Part shown: positions 1-13,607 of the stretch, one piece after another
How positions within the stretch are numbered: the first letter of the stretch is position 1
Layout of the letters: every line of letters begins with the position of its first letter
Assembly (NCBI RefSeq): GCF_006345805.1
Contig: NC_043009.1
Span: 6,076,001 to 6,140,000 of the forward strand
Direction: 5' to 3'
From: Octopus sinensis
Lineage: Eukaryota
Length of the DNA stretch: 64,000 nucleotides
The notes under the pieces: model-generated
Seen by the model: only the letters and a program-made list of their open reading frames with translations
What the model was told of the DNA's origin: nothing
The model's database searches: none
Made by a program: the position numbers and the translations under genes

Positions 1-89
1 AACGGTACCACAACGCGGCCGCAGTCTTCTAACCGATATAAATATAAGGTAAAATATTTAAAAAATGTAAATGTTATTAGGTATCTACG

Positions 90-620
<531 letters not shown>

Positions 621-1216
621 AAAATACCTATAGGTATAAGTAAGTGTAAATGTACTGCGACATTGATTGATGACACGTAATTCATAAGTTCACTCCTTAA
701 AATAATTGAACGGATATATATGGCATTAGCAAGTGTTCTGAGCCTCGTATGAAGATTAGTAAATTTAAAAGAACATGTTTTCTTCCTGTTAATTAAAATC
801 ATATCACTGAGCAGAGTAATTTGTTCGCCGGAAATTTTCATTTTAATAATATATTCGATTAAATAAAACATTTGTATGATTTAGAAGTATGAATCCTAGA
901 AATTGTAATATTTATACTAATGAGTGGAAGATTAATGCTTCAGGGTTATAATGGAGTGATATATTTTCAGTATATAAGATCAGCTACGTAGAAATATTTC
1001 CGTTAGGAAGCCTGCCTATTTAAACGATATATAATTTATTGCTGTTCGGCAAATTCCCATCGTCTCTGTAATACTTACCTGTTATGAATTTCATTGAAAA
1101 CAATATCATTACTAATTTATGGATAGTAACATAATACATATATCCACACACACATACACACACACACACTCACACACATATACATATTTGTATGTATATG
1201 TATATACATAATGTAT

Positions 1217-2064
1217 ATATAAATACAGTGTACATTTAAACGCATAAGAGGTATCCGTCATAGTAATCATGGTACGCTAGAACAGCCAAAGTCCAAACCA
1301 CTATTAGGGATAAAACTTCGAAGGGAATGAAAAATGAAAACATTTACCATCTATCTCCTGGACCATGATTTCTGACATTTTTTTTAGCAAATAAAATAAT
1401 TTGCTAGGCGAAGTTTTCATCAACAGGCACGCCAAGATCAAACATATAAGTACGAGGAAATCCAGCATGCGTCACGTGCTTACTCATTTCAACCTTTCAA
1501 ATCCAGCGCGCAAGCGCTGTTTTTTGTCGACAGCAAAAAGAAAATGTAATATCAGCGTTACTTCGAAAGTCAATATTTAATAATATCAGGGTAATAATTT
1601 GTTTATATATTTTTACTACCAGTGACCTAGCGAGTAGAAAAATTAGTCAATAGACTATACATAATTCATATAAATACAGTGTACCTTTGAAAACATAAAT
1701 GGTATCCGTCATAGGATTCCTGGCATGCTAGAAAGAATAGCCAAATTAAAATGTATAAGCAAGAGGCACATGCTGGATTCGCCTCGTACTTATATGTTTA
1801 CTCTAAGCGTACCTGCTGATGAAGACTTCGCCTTGCAAGTTATTTTATTTGCTAAAAATTTCATTCCCTTCGAAGTTTTATACCTAATAGTGGCTCGGAA
1901 TTTGGCTGTTCCTTGTAGCGTGGCAGGAATTCTATGACGGATATTTCTTATGTGTTTCAATGTGCACTGTATTTATATGAACAATATGTAGTCTATTGAC
2001 TCACTTTTCTATACGCTAGGCCACTGGTAGTAAAATTTTCTAAAATCATTATTACATTGATATT
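1217..2064. mobile_element. Fold-back / MITE-like element built from three copies of a ~250-300-bp unit
   Basis: Unit (ATAAATACAGTG..TATCCGTCATAG..AACTTCGAAGGGAATGAAA..TCCAGCATG) at 1217-1470 (+), 1582-1747 (+, partial) and 1765-2064 (-). Confidence 0.75.
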
Positions 2065-2116
2065 ATTGATTATATATATATATATACACGCATGCAGATA
2101 TATACACATGCACACG

Positions 2117-2147
<31 letters not shown>

Positions 2148-3519
2148 GTGTGTGTGTGTGCGCGCGAATTTATAAGTTTCAAAAATAAAACAAAGCTCGA
2201 CCAAGCATGGGACAAAAACTTCCTCGTTAGTTATCGTTCGAAAAATCATTACAATTTCACGCCTTTAACGTTCATATGGCTCAATTTTGGTGGCGTATAT
2301 ATTCAATGGATTCTATGAGTATGAATATGCTTCGAACACAAATGGCCTTTAGAGAAAAAAGCTAGAACAGCCAGTGGCTGAAAGATAGCAATTTAAGACT
2401 AATGAATTCATATTAAACACCTCAGTTTTCTGTTTTGCTTTTTTTTTTTTTTGGTTTTTGTTCCTGTCCTTTATGGAAATACTAATCGGGAGCGGTATTA
2501 AACAAATGCATTCTTGGAATTTTAAATAACTCCGAACGAGAATAGGAGAGATAATTTTAAAAATTAAGACCTTCACTTAGTGAAGTACAAATGCTTGTCA
2601 CCACGTATCCTCTTCTCAGCATATTACTACGCTGTTTATTTTTTTCCATAATGGCACATTAATTTTGTAGAATCACGTTTATTCTGACGGCGAGTGCAAC
2701 AACACTAACGCATTTCTTTAATTTTCTATGCAAGAGAAGGTAACTTCATTAAGGCGATAAGATACATTGCATGATATGAACTGGATATATTCCGTATTCG
2801 ATATTGTGTGTGCATATGTGTATGTAGTATGTGTAATTGTTCTACATGAGTGTGTATGTGTATTTGCGTCTGTGTGTGTATTTTATACACAGATGTATAC
2901 ATATACCTGCGCACATGTATTTTCACACACATAAACATACCTACAAATTGAATATATATCTTTCGTAAGAATTATCTGATTATATGTATGTAAGCATAAA
3001 TGTAAACTTTTGTGTTGACGTATAAACACAATTTAGCATTACAGTGAACTATCACTCAATGTATTTTAATGAGGTATATATTAAATATTATTTACGATGA
3101 AAAATTTAACAAACTTCGGGTTCCAAACTTCATCTTGCTCGACGTCATCACTATCGCATTTTACATATGCACACACATACACACATACACACACACACAC
3201 ACACATCTGTACATATAAATGTGTGTGTATTTGTATACACACACACATACATATATATATATATATGTGTGTGCGTGTATGTGTGTGTGTGTATACATAT
3301 ATAAGCATTTTTTCTGTAGTCTGAGGACCGAGCTGCGGCCATATATACACATGTGTGTGTGTGTGTGTGTATACGCATGCGTGTGTGTAAAGAGAAGGGT
3401 CTATAGTATGCTCGGTATGGAGCTGGAAATCTATATATGAACTGAACATTCAGTGGTATATGTTCATGTTTTCAAACTGTTTGAGCTCTCTCTAAGGCGT
3501 TTTGCTAACAAATATTCAG

Positions 3520-3838
3520 GTATGCGTATGTGTGTGTGCGTGTGAATATGTATGTACGTACGTATGTATGTATGTATGTATGTATGTATGTATGTATGTA
3601 TGTATGTATGTATGTATGTATGTATGTATGTTTGTGTGTGTGTATGTATGTATGTATGAATGTATGTATGTATGTATGTATGTGTATGTGCATGTATATA
3701 TGTATGTATGTATATATGTTGTATGTATGTATGTATGTATGTATGTATGTATGTTTGTGTGTGTGTGTATGTATGTATGTATGTATGTATGTAGTATGTA
3801 TGTATGTATGTAAGCATGTATGTATGTGTATGTGCATG

Positions 3839-3872
<34 letters not shown>

Positions 3873-3922
3873 TGTATGTATGTATGTGTATGTGCATGTA
3901 TATATGTATGTATGTATGTATG

Positions 3923-3965
<43 letters not shown>

Positions 3966-4110
3966 GCATGTATGTATGTGTATGTGCATGTATATATGTA
4001 TGTATGTATGTATGTATATATGTATGTATTTATGTATTTATGGATGTGTGTGCGTATGTATGTATAAACACAGACACATGTATGCATATATATATATATA
4101 TATTATATAT
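3520..4110. repeat. Compound (TATG)n/(TG)n microsatellite with higher-order sub-repeats
   Basis: Direct reading. Confidence 0.97.
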
Positions 4111-6110
4111 ATAAGTATACACGGAAATACGTATAAAATATAACTCCATGCATATATAGGTTGGTAGCTTCCTTTGTTATACTATGCTATTGTGAGGAAT
4201 TGATTCATATTGTATGCAACTAAAACCGACTGCGATAAGATTTAATGTTTGCAATAAGAATAACAATATCGGTATCGTCTATTCAGTTACACGCAGCGAA
4301 TATCAGATAATTATTTTATGTAGGCTGTATACTAGGTGAATCGAACTGTCTTCTTCGACATTGTATAGAAAAACACTGTTTTGTACATGTGCGGTACTTC
4401 TGAGGCAACGCTCGCTAATTTCAAATAACATCGATTTTAATAATCTGAATTGTCTTTCACAAAATTCTGTGTCGAGCGTTTCAATTGTGTCTAATTATCA
4501 TTATTTCTCTAGAAGTTGTGCCTAAAGACAAAGAAACTGTTAAACTCATGTGAAGAAACGTTTCAAAGTGATTTGTTTGTTTGAGAAGTGAAATCTTATT
4601 CTTCATTCATGGGCACTTTACAGACAACTTACTGTCTGTAGTTCTGGATCTCTGATTCATTAAGAATGTTCCTTTAAGCTAATTTAGATTTAATTCTTTA
4701 ACGGTCACTGAACTAATACAGAGGAAATATACCGGGATCGAACAAACGCGCAAATCATGGTTTATTATTGGAAATTTAAAGATAATAAAAGTTTACCATT
4801 AGATTTATGTTCTTTTATTTATAAAGGAAACTTGCGGCTAGCTGAGTCAATACATTATCGGATTGTTAGCTTAAAAATCGATCATTTCAGTATCGTCACT
4901 GGTACTACACAATGACTATAGTAAACGCACATAGTAGTCAATGTTGTAATTCAGTAAGATATAAATCACTACCTTGAACTGGAGACAAACATTCTTATGA
5001 GAAACGGAACAATTTATCATTAAAATGTGTTTCATTATATTACAGAAATTGAACGTCATGTCGTTGTATAGACAGACGTCTTTGCAATATCAGCAAAATT
5101 ATTTGAGCAGCTGTCTTTAGAAAAGAAAGGGATAGACCTGAAAGATGCCAAAAAGCACCCAGAGAAGAAGCTGAAAATGATGCCTGGAAATCTGCATTGG
5201 CCGTATCCCAAACGATCTTAAAAGAAATACACAGGGAGAACAATGATATGCCAGTGTATAACAGTCAATTGGCTTCTAATGGGCAAAGGTCACACAAGTT
5301 GCGGGAGAATTGTTTGAAATGAATGCAGGAAAATGTAATTAATATCATTAGCAGCAGGCCATAATACAATGAAGACGTCTTACATCACATTCTACTGTCT
5401 TTTGAGAAATATGCTTTATTCTGGCATATATGTATCTGCGAGTTGTGAAGATGAAAGTGTTAGATGTACTATTACAAATAGATGGTTGTGATCTTGTTAT
5501 GAAGGAATAGAGAACAGCAGAGAAGAGGAAGTACCACTACTAAAACTGTAATGCAGAATGTACTAATAAAAATATGAAAGCTTACCTAAGATCTAACGGC
5601 ACACAGGACCCAAATATAGAGTACATGAAATACTTCAAAATAGAGTTAGATTCATTGTAGCATAGTTTCTGCAACGGCAGTGAAGTGAAATCTTTTAATA
5701 TGTCGTTCAGTCCGAAGCTTCAAAGGACGAGAGATGATGGGTTATTGCGAACATTTTGGTCAGTCTCACGCAAGAATAAGCTGAGAGTTGGCAAACGCGT
5801 TATATATGTCCATTATTGTATTACTTCCTAACGCCGAGCATTCACAACTGCATTATTCGAGCTTCTGCTATTCTACTTCATAAGTAACGGACATAAGTCA
5901 CTGATCAGAATGGTCATCTACATTAAAAAAAAAAAACACCATGATGTTTTAAACGAAGTGTTTAATGATACTCAGACACACGGTTTTCCCAACAGCATCA
6001 GCATCCATTCCTTCCCAGACTTTATCGCTACTGCTCAGGGATTTTCTCAATCATGTATTCAAAGAAAGACCAAATTTTAGTCTGTCATAGATAATATTGT
6101 CAGCCTTTCA

Positions 6111-6510
6111 AGGCGGCGAGCTGGCAGAAACGTTAGCACGCCGGGCGAAATGCTCAGTGGTATTTCGTCTACCGCTACGTTCTGAGTTCAAATTCCGCCG
6201 AGGTCGACTTTGCCGGTCATCCTTTCGGGGTCGATTAAATATGTACCATTTACGCACTGGGGTCGATATAATCGACTTAATCCATTTGTCTGTCCTTGTT
6301 TGTCACCTCTGTGGGTAGCAAAGAAATAGGTATTTCGTCTGTCTTAACGCTCTGAGTTCAAATTCCGCCGAGGTCGACTTTGCATTTTTTCTTTTCAGGG
6401 TCAATGAATTAAGTACCAGTTACGCAATGGGGTTGATCTAATCGAGTGGCACCCCACCAAAAAAAAAAAAAAAAAAAATTTCTGGCCTTGTGCCAAGAGT
6501 AGAAAAGAAT
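6111..6510 (+). mobile_element. SINE family B dimer (unit 1 with tail type 1, headless unit 2 with tail type 2)
   Basis: Head GGCGGCGAGCTGGCAGAAACGTTAG, B-box-like GAGTTCAAATTCC, central CATCCTTTCGGGGTCGAT..AAGTACCAG (recalls the MetaSINE domain); junction at 6328/6329. Confidence 0.9.
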
Positions 6511-6859
6511 ATTGCCAGCCTTGACTTCCGCTTTACTTGTGCAGTGTATGTAATGAAACTTCCCTGTTACTAACCTAAATTTGAGATGCAGATTTGCGTT
6601 TCGATCCTCTATGCAATTCATATTAGTAGCGAAGTTCGAGATGCTAATTCTTGTATTCATTTAGTCTTTCCTCTATCTATTCTGTTTGAATTATCAGTTT
6701 TAATGTATCGATGTCGATTATGTAAGGTGTATGTGTAGCATTACTTTAATATTTTGGTAATTCTTTAGTGTGTTTTTTTGAAAGTGTCGTACTTACTGCA
6801 TGTACTGCATAAATTCATGTTAAGGAATGGTGATTATATGTTGCATAATTTGTAGTGTT

Positions 6860-6988
6860 CGTCGTCGTAGTAGTAGTGGTGGTTGTAGCAGCAGCAGCAT
6901 CAAAAGAGGAGTAGTAACAGCTGTAGAAGCAGTAGTCCTAGTGGTAGCAAGAGTAGCAGTAACAACAGCCGTAACAGCAGCAGCAACC

Positions 6989-7036
<48 letters not shown>

Positions 7037-7040
7037 AGAG
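6860..7040. repeat. (GTA)n/(GCA)n trinucleotide tract
   Basis: Direct reading. Confidence 0.95.
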
Positions 7041-7120
7041 GTAGTGGTGATGAAGTGGAGGACTTTAAATACACTGAGAAACAACTGTAGATATTTATTG
7101 TTTATAACAACAGTTGAAGT

Positions 7121-7574
7121 AATCTTTGCTACTCTAGGCACAAGGCTCGACATTTTGAGGGAGGGGGGCCAATCGATTAGATCGACCCAAGTACGCAACT
7201 GGTACTTAAGTTATCGACCCCGAAAGGATGAAAGGCGAAGTCGACCTCGGCGGAATTTGAACTCAGAACGTGGCGGCAGACGAAATAAGTCTAAGCATTT
7301 CACCCGGCGTTCTAACGATTCTGCCAGCTCGCAGCCTTCGTACCAAATATATAATCTTTTCTACTCAAGGTACAAAGCCTGAAATATCTTGTGAGGGAGG
7401 GGCCAGTCGTTTCGATCGACCGCAGTACGCATCTGGTACTTAATTTATCGACCCCGGAAGAATGAAAGGCAATGTCGACTTCGGCGGAATTTTAAATTCA
7501 GAACGTAACGGCGGACGAAATACTGCTAAGCATTTCGCCCGGTGCGCTAACGTTTCTGCCAACTCTCCGCCTTC
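7121..7574 (-). mobile_element. Two adjacent SINE family B copies (7121-7338, 7354-7574), tail type 2
   Basis: Second copy is flanked by the 13-bp target-site duplication ACCAAATATATAA (7342-7354 and 7577-7589). Confidence 0.9.
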
Positions 7575-8344
7575 AAACCAAATATATAACGTATATTTTC
7601 AAACGTTCTATGTTGCATACTAATACGCCTCCTCTCAAAGAAGAATAAAAGTCTTAATGCGTGATTAGAAAAGCGTTGCCAGTGAAAATGTTTAACTGTC
7701 TCAGAATTTAGCTTCAATAGTATTTTTCCTGATAAACATGATTCATTTGTTCGTAAAGAATATCTCTGTTAGTTTTAAAAGTATTCTACTCAAATATTTA
7801 AATATACACTTTGAATTTTAGCTGTCAAACGTTTTCTATTATTTAGGATTTTAAAATCTCATAATCTAATTAATTGAAAGAATGAAAATGGTTTGTAAAA
7901 AATATATATAAAAAAATAATGAATATAATATAATTAACAGTGTGTCACGAACTGCCATATATAAATTTTCAATTTTACGTCACATCATTAAACCTTGCTC
8001 TCTGCCTTGCCAATGTACAACAAAAACCGATCGATAAGTCAGAAATTTAATAGTACTACTTCACGAACAATTATGTCTCGTTGATGTTTTGTAGATATTT
8101 CGTTATAAATTAGGGCAAGACACTTAGTTGAATTATAAGGAGAAACTACGGATGAGATTTGCTTGGTTCAACACTGCATATTCTACGCTTCCTTTGAATT
8201 ACATCTAGTTACATATTCAAACGCTTACGGTGTATACATAGAATACAAGTGCAGAAGATATGTGTTTTTTACACGCACTAAGTTGAATAATTATGCACGT
8301 ATATTCATTGTATATGGTTTCGTAACACATGTATATATATAACG

Positions 8345-8461
8345 CTCAGGAATAGAAAAAGTCTTTTATGTTTCGAGCCTACGCTCTTCTACAGAAGGGG
8401 AAACAGAAAAAAAAACGAGAGAAAAAAAAATGTGTACTGGCTAACGATCTATAATGGCGAT
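8345..8461 (-). repeat. ~110-bp interspersed repeat with minimal hammerhead-like motif (8361-8398)
   Basis: Minus strand ccUU-CUGUAGA-A-GAGC guag GCUC-GAAA-CAUA-AAAG. Homologous to 54137-54253. Confidence 0.6.
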
Positions 8462-8529
8462 ATGCGCGTGTGTATATATAAATATATATATACATAAATT
8501 TATATGTGCACACATATAAACTTGTACAC

Positions 8530-8680
8530 ACACACTCGCATATATACATACACATACACATACATACATTCATTCATGCATACATACATACATACACACA
8601 TACATACACACATACATACATACATACATACAAACATACATACATACATACATACATACATACATACATACATACATACA

Positions 8681-8714
<34 letters not shown>

Positions 8715-8715
8715 C
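8530..8715. repeat. (CATA)n microsatellite
   Basis: Direct reading. Confidence 0.97.
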
Positions 8716-9892
8716 AAGTATATATAAGAACATTGGGCATCAGTAATTTCAGGTGCCATCATACTGTTGTGAAAATAAAGAATAGTACTTTAGATTATTT
8801 ACAATAAACACTTAAAATGGTGTTTGTTTCAAATATAAATTAAAAATTAAAAATTACTGCTTTTGATATTGGTAAGTAGAGTTTAGTATAAGTATCTTTA
8901 AATACATATATACTTCCTTCGTTAGTCTAATAATCTATAATATTTATGATTAAAATCCATTATATTGTCTTGTGTTCCAAATATAGTTAATAGAATCCTA
9001 TATTGATAAACATTTATAGATAACTCCTCTGGTCTTCAGTAATATCAAATATGAAATTTGTATAATTTTATGAATGGTACTTTTTCCCCATATTACTTCA
9101 TAAAGCACGTGTAAGCTGTTATACATGCATGTGGGTTGACGTAATATTGAAACGTGGGGTTTTCAAGGTAAATTCAAACGGCTATCTGCTGTTCTTTTAA
9201 TTTACCAATACTCTTTTCCAGCTCTCGAGCCACCAGAGAATTTTTCGCATATTACCTAATAATTTTTTTTAAATAATTACCTGAAAAATATACAACAGAA
9301 CATAGATACAATATGCAGCCAATGATATAGCACTGTTACTTTCACCTGATGATCCTGATGGCGTGAAACACATGTCGCTTTACAACAATACCATCCAAAT
9401 ATTTTGAGCACGCCGCTCTCATTCGTTCAACATTAGTAAAATATGTATATATGGGTGTGTGTGTGTATGTGTGTGCGTGTCTGCGTGTATGTGTGCGCGT
9501 GCACATGTATGTCTATCTGTATGTATGTATGTGTGTGTAGATATACATTTATGCTGTATATGTGTGTAGATATACATGTATGCTGACTATCTGTGTAGAT
9601 ATATAGCACCATTTTTGTAAATATTGTAAAGTGATTTTTATTTTATTTTTGAGGTTTGAAATATCATATTTTAACTACTGTGATTAATATTTTAGACACA
9701 CGAATTTTAATGATCTGCAATAATTATGACATCGCATGAAACATGAAGAAGTGTTAAATAAAAAAGGGGATTTGTTTAGGCTATGCATAAATTCATGAGA
9801 CTATTCGTAGGAAAAATTGCATTGTATTTTCACTGCAAATATGATTTGATATTAATCCTTGAAGTAAGATGTGTATAAACTCTACTTTCCAG

Positions 9893-9964
9893 GAACCATA
9901 GTAAGAAGCTGTAAATTTCTTTTTTCGTTTCTTTTTCTTTTTACATTGTCACCGAGAATACCAG
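9893..9964 (+). other. Candidate 72-nt internal exon (phase 1-1)
   Basis: CTACTTTCCAG acceptor, CAG|GTAAGT donor, open frame TIVRSCKFLFSFLFLFTLSPRIP; no homology recognised. Confidence 0.25.
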
Positions 9965-10435
9965 GTAAGTGAATTGCATTCATTTCAGGCATTCACATTA
10001 GATAGCAACATTAAGTCTTCTGTTCTTGAAGACAAACCTAACAATTTTTAACATTTATTTATAGAAGGTGTCAAACTGGACTTGCAAGTCATACTAGTGA
10101 ATGAGTGTCATCACTTGACCTAATATTAACAACACTGACACTATATCTAAATCATGAAGTGGTCCCTTAGACATATCTAAATCTAACTGCGTAAGACATC
10201 GTTTGAAAAGCGATTCCAAAACGTAAATGAGAACGGTATGGCTGGAACGTCACTTGCTGTAATAAGTCTGTTCTAAGGGAAGTACCATGGGCATTATCAA
10301 ACCCTACGACCAATGTCTATACAAATCACGTTTAGCTAACTAGCATCATCAATTCAATGACTAATGTATATTACTAATGCTAGTACACGCTTGTTTGAAA
10401 TGGTGAGTATTCGATGAAGATTAGACGCCGTAAAT

Positions 10436-10635
10436 AATCTTTCCGACTATAGGCACAAAGACTAAAATTTGGGGGAAAGGGCTAGTCAGTTGCATCGACC
10501 CTAATACTTGATTCTTATTCCCCAAAAGGATGAAAGACAATATTAAATTTGACAGAATTTGAACTCAAGGTATAAAGCCAGAAATGCCGTTAAGACTTTT
10601 GCCTGGTGTATTCATGTTTCTGTCAGCTCGCGATC
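10436..10635 (-). mobile_element. Degenerate SINE family B (tail type 2)
   Basis: Recognisable tail, CATCGACC and GAATTTGAACTCA motifs. Confidence 0.6.
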
Positions 10636-10655
10636 ATAAAAAAAACCATAAGCGT

Positions 10656-10929
10656 CGCCCTTTTCAAGCCTAGCCAGGCTCACGGGTCCCGTTTCCCGGT
10701 TTCTGTGGCGTATATTTTCGCCCCAGCTGGACGGGACGCCAGTCCATCGCAGCATTACTCAAGAAACAGGAAGAGAGAGAAATTGTTGCCACACCCAAAT
10801 GCTGGTGCCTCGTGGAGCTTTTAGGTTTTTTCGCTCAATAAACCCGCACAACGCCCGGTCTGGGAATCGAAACCGCGACCCTCCGATCGCGAGTCCACTG
10901 CCCTAACCACTGGGCCAGTGCGCCGCCTC
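10656..10929 (-). mobile_element. SINE family D (tRNA-derived head; GATGGACTGGCGTCCCGTCCAG recalls the V-SINE domain)
   Basis: Head shared with 15300-15649. Confidence 0.85.
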
Positions 10930-11894
10930 GCCGTATTTAGAAATAGTAAATAATAATATATAGCATTGAGATATATCGTGAGTTAACGATGTCTGTTATC
11001 CAAACATATAGAAATCACGATCTATATCAGAAAACTGTTATATTATCGTCGGTAAATAGGTATGTAGACATTTAACATAACTGTGTACCTTAGCCTGGCA
11101 GTATTTCTCTTATTGCAAAAGTATTCAAAGAATTATTGCAACCACATGTAGATATTCAGCGCCCTTTATCGCTTTTAGTTTTCTGTTGAAGAAAGCAACT
11201 TCATAGGTATAATGATTAATACAGTTCCGACGCTGGAGAAGAAACATTTACATTGCTATATCCGGTAACAGAAGAGATTCTTATTACCGGATAAAAGAAA
11301 CGGAAGTGAAGAAGTAACATAATACTTGTGGCACAAATGTTTACGGAGAGTGGAATGCTTTGTTGTAGTGATAACAGAGAATTGTAAAAGACAACACACA
11401 ACATGAGGCATAACAAACTTTGAAAGTTAAAATAAATTTTCCTCTTTCAAAAGTATTAAACCATCGTATGAGGGATATTGAGAATAGGAGGTAATTCAAT
11501 AGCCTTAAGAATTACTTGCAAATCTATTAATTCCGAAATAATGGTAAATATTTCAGAATTAGATGATTAAAGTATAGACTTGTGTGTGTGTGTGTGTATT
11601 CATAGACATGTGTAATATCAATGCACTGGGGAACGCGACACGTAACCGAAGATAGCGCTCCGTAGAATGTTCCACACTCCTCTCTATTGTCTAATGCGAC
11701 TAGATAAAGGGCATCAAAGCCCGGGATAGGCTATTTATACTATATGTGCATATAATGTATGTATGCATACAAAACTGGTGTTGCCACCAGGGTACGCCAT
11801 ATTTAATATTTCTATTAGATATATTCGTTAAACATGTTTAGCTTTGCATTTAAATATTCTTTAAATCAATATAGCATACCTTTGTAAATAATTG

Positions 11895-12080
11895 TTTCTA
11901 TAGGCCTGAAATATAAAGTTTGGAGAAGAGAATAGTCGATTGCATCGATCGTAGTATTCAATTAGTACTTATTTTATTGACACTTGAAGCATAAAAGAAA
12001 AGCTGGCCTCGACGGAATTAGAACACAGAGCGCACAGGCAATCGGAAGCATTTTACCCCGCTCGCTAACGATTCTAGTAG
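11895..12080 (-). mobile_element. Degenerate SINE family B
   Basis: GTCGATTGCATCGA hairpin, CTCGACGGAATT and GCTAACGATTCT remnants. Confidence 0.55.
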
Positions 12081-12117
12081 TTTGGCACATCGTTCTAAGA
12101 ATAATGAAATATATGCT

Positions 12118-12454
12118 GAGACCCCCTTCGGTCAAGACTGACCGTGGGATAGTACCGAGAAAGTTACCCTCCCAGGCACAAGTCCGGGCAAGGTTGTTTA
12201 TGGAAGGCCAGCAGTTGCCCATACATACCGGCCTCCCTTCTCCACACCACCAGTGTTATCCAAGGGAAGGGAAAGGGACCAATACAGCTTGGCACCTGTG
12301 ACGTCGCAACTCATTTCTACAGCTGAGTGAACTGGAGCAACGTGAAATAAAGTGTCTTGCTCAAGAACATAACACGCAGCCCGGTCCGGGATTCGAACTG
12401 ACAACCTCGCGATCGTAAGCTCGACGCTCTAACCACTGAGCCATGCGCCTTCAC
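12118..12454 (-). mobile_element. SINE family C (tRNA-derived head with CORE-like TTGAGCAAGACACTT)
   Basis: Full-length; 12-bp target-site duplication AATGAAATATAT at 12103-12114 and 12455-12466; homologous to 42020-42349. Confidence 0.92.
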
Positions 12455-13607
12455 AATGAAATATATATCTAATTGATATTGTTCTAACTGCTAGTTAGAG
12501 ATTAAGAAAAGTCTAAAAGTATGCATATTTTCTTGCAAATATTTAAAATTCATACAGGATGATTAATGCTCAAGTGTCTCGTAAATCTACTCTGCCAATC
12601 TGTAATGAAACGATGTTAAACATTGTGACATATTACCTATTTACAGTTCTTTTGCCGCTGTAAAACTTGCATACCTTCGTTGACACAGTTCTTTACTGGT
12701 TACACTCATGCGATGCCTAAAACGCTTTGAACATTTTTTTCTTTTTAAATATCGAACATATGCAATATCCTGTGAATTTAATGATATAACTACAATATTC
12801 AACATCTTCTTTGTTGAGGACTTGAGCACTTTGATTGTGATCTTGTAAAGTTAATTTCTAAAATGCGATTGCAGTTTATTGCTTAAATTCATTTTTCCTC
12901 TCTGAAAATTTATTGAAAAATATATTGAAAAAACATCCGTTCTGTTAAATAAATTTCAAATGTCTTTACTTCACTTTTATGAACGTTGACTTAGAGACAA
13001 CTGAGTTAATGGGATGAAAGTATGGGAAAAGAAAAACTTTTCAATGTCATATAATAACCTAATATGCACCAAATTCATCTTGTACTTTCACACCTTTTTT
13101 CCTTACTCACTCCTTCTCTTCCTTTTTCGTTGTCTTTCGCACTTACTCTCAGGGGTGTACGCTCAAACACTCACTTGCTTTATAAGTTTTGCAGTCACTA
13201 CATCTCAGGTCACGCCTAAGAATTTTCTAACTAGAAGAACATCAAAAATTAAATCAAAAATTATTAGATTGAAAATCGGAATAGAATCGCATGGAAATAA
13301 AAACTGTAAATTATTTAAGCAGACAGTAAGCACCTCTTTCCATCCCTCCATCAGGTGGTCTTTTATATAAGCTCATTACCATACAAAATTCCAAATAGTC
13401 TCTCAGTGTTTTTAAGTGAATAGCTAGACAGTAAACAGTAATTTTTTGTGTATTTTGTTAATATTATTGGCCTTCAGTTTCGCGTTTTGGAAAATTGAAT
13501 TCGACTAACGTAAATTACAGATGTATGAGATGCTGCGAGAACATCTCAACACGGATATAATCTGACCATGATTAAGCACTAGAATAACAACTAAGTCAAA
13601 TTTAGTT

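Noticed and set aside
1812-1830. CTGATGAAGAC motif
   Set aside because: Part of the fold-back unit; no GAAA or stem III follows.
5046-5330. Coding-looking stretch with open frames (EEAENDAWKSALAVSQ...)
   Set aside because: No recognisable homology, and splice sites do not give a consistent stop-free exon.
9347-9385. CTGATGA...GAAAC hammerhead candidate
   Set aside because: No stem II or stem I pairing and no usable NUH site.
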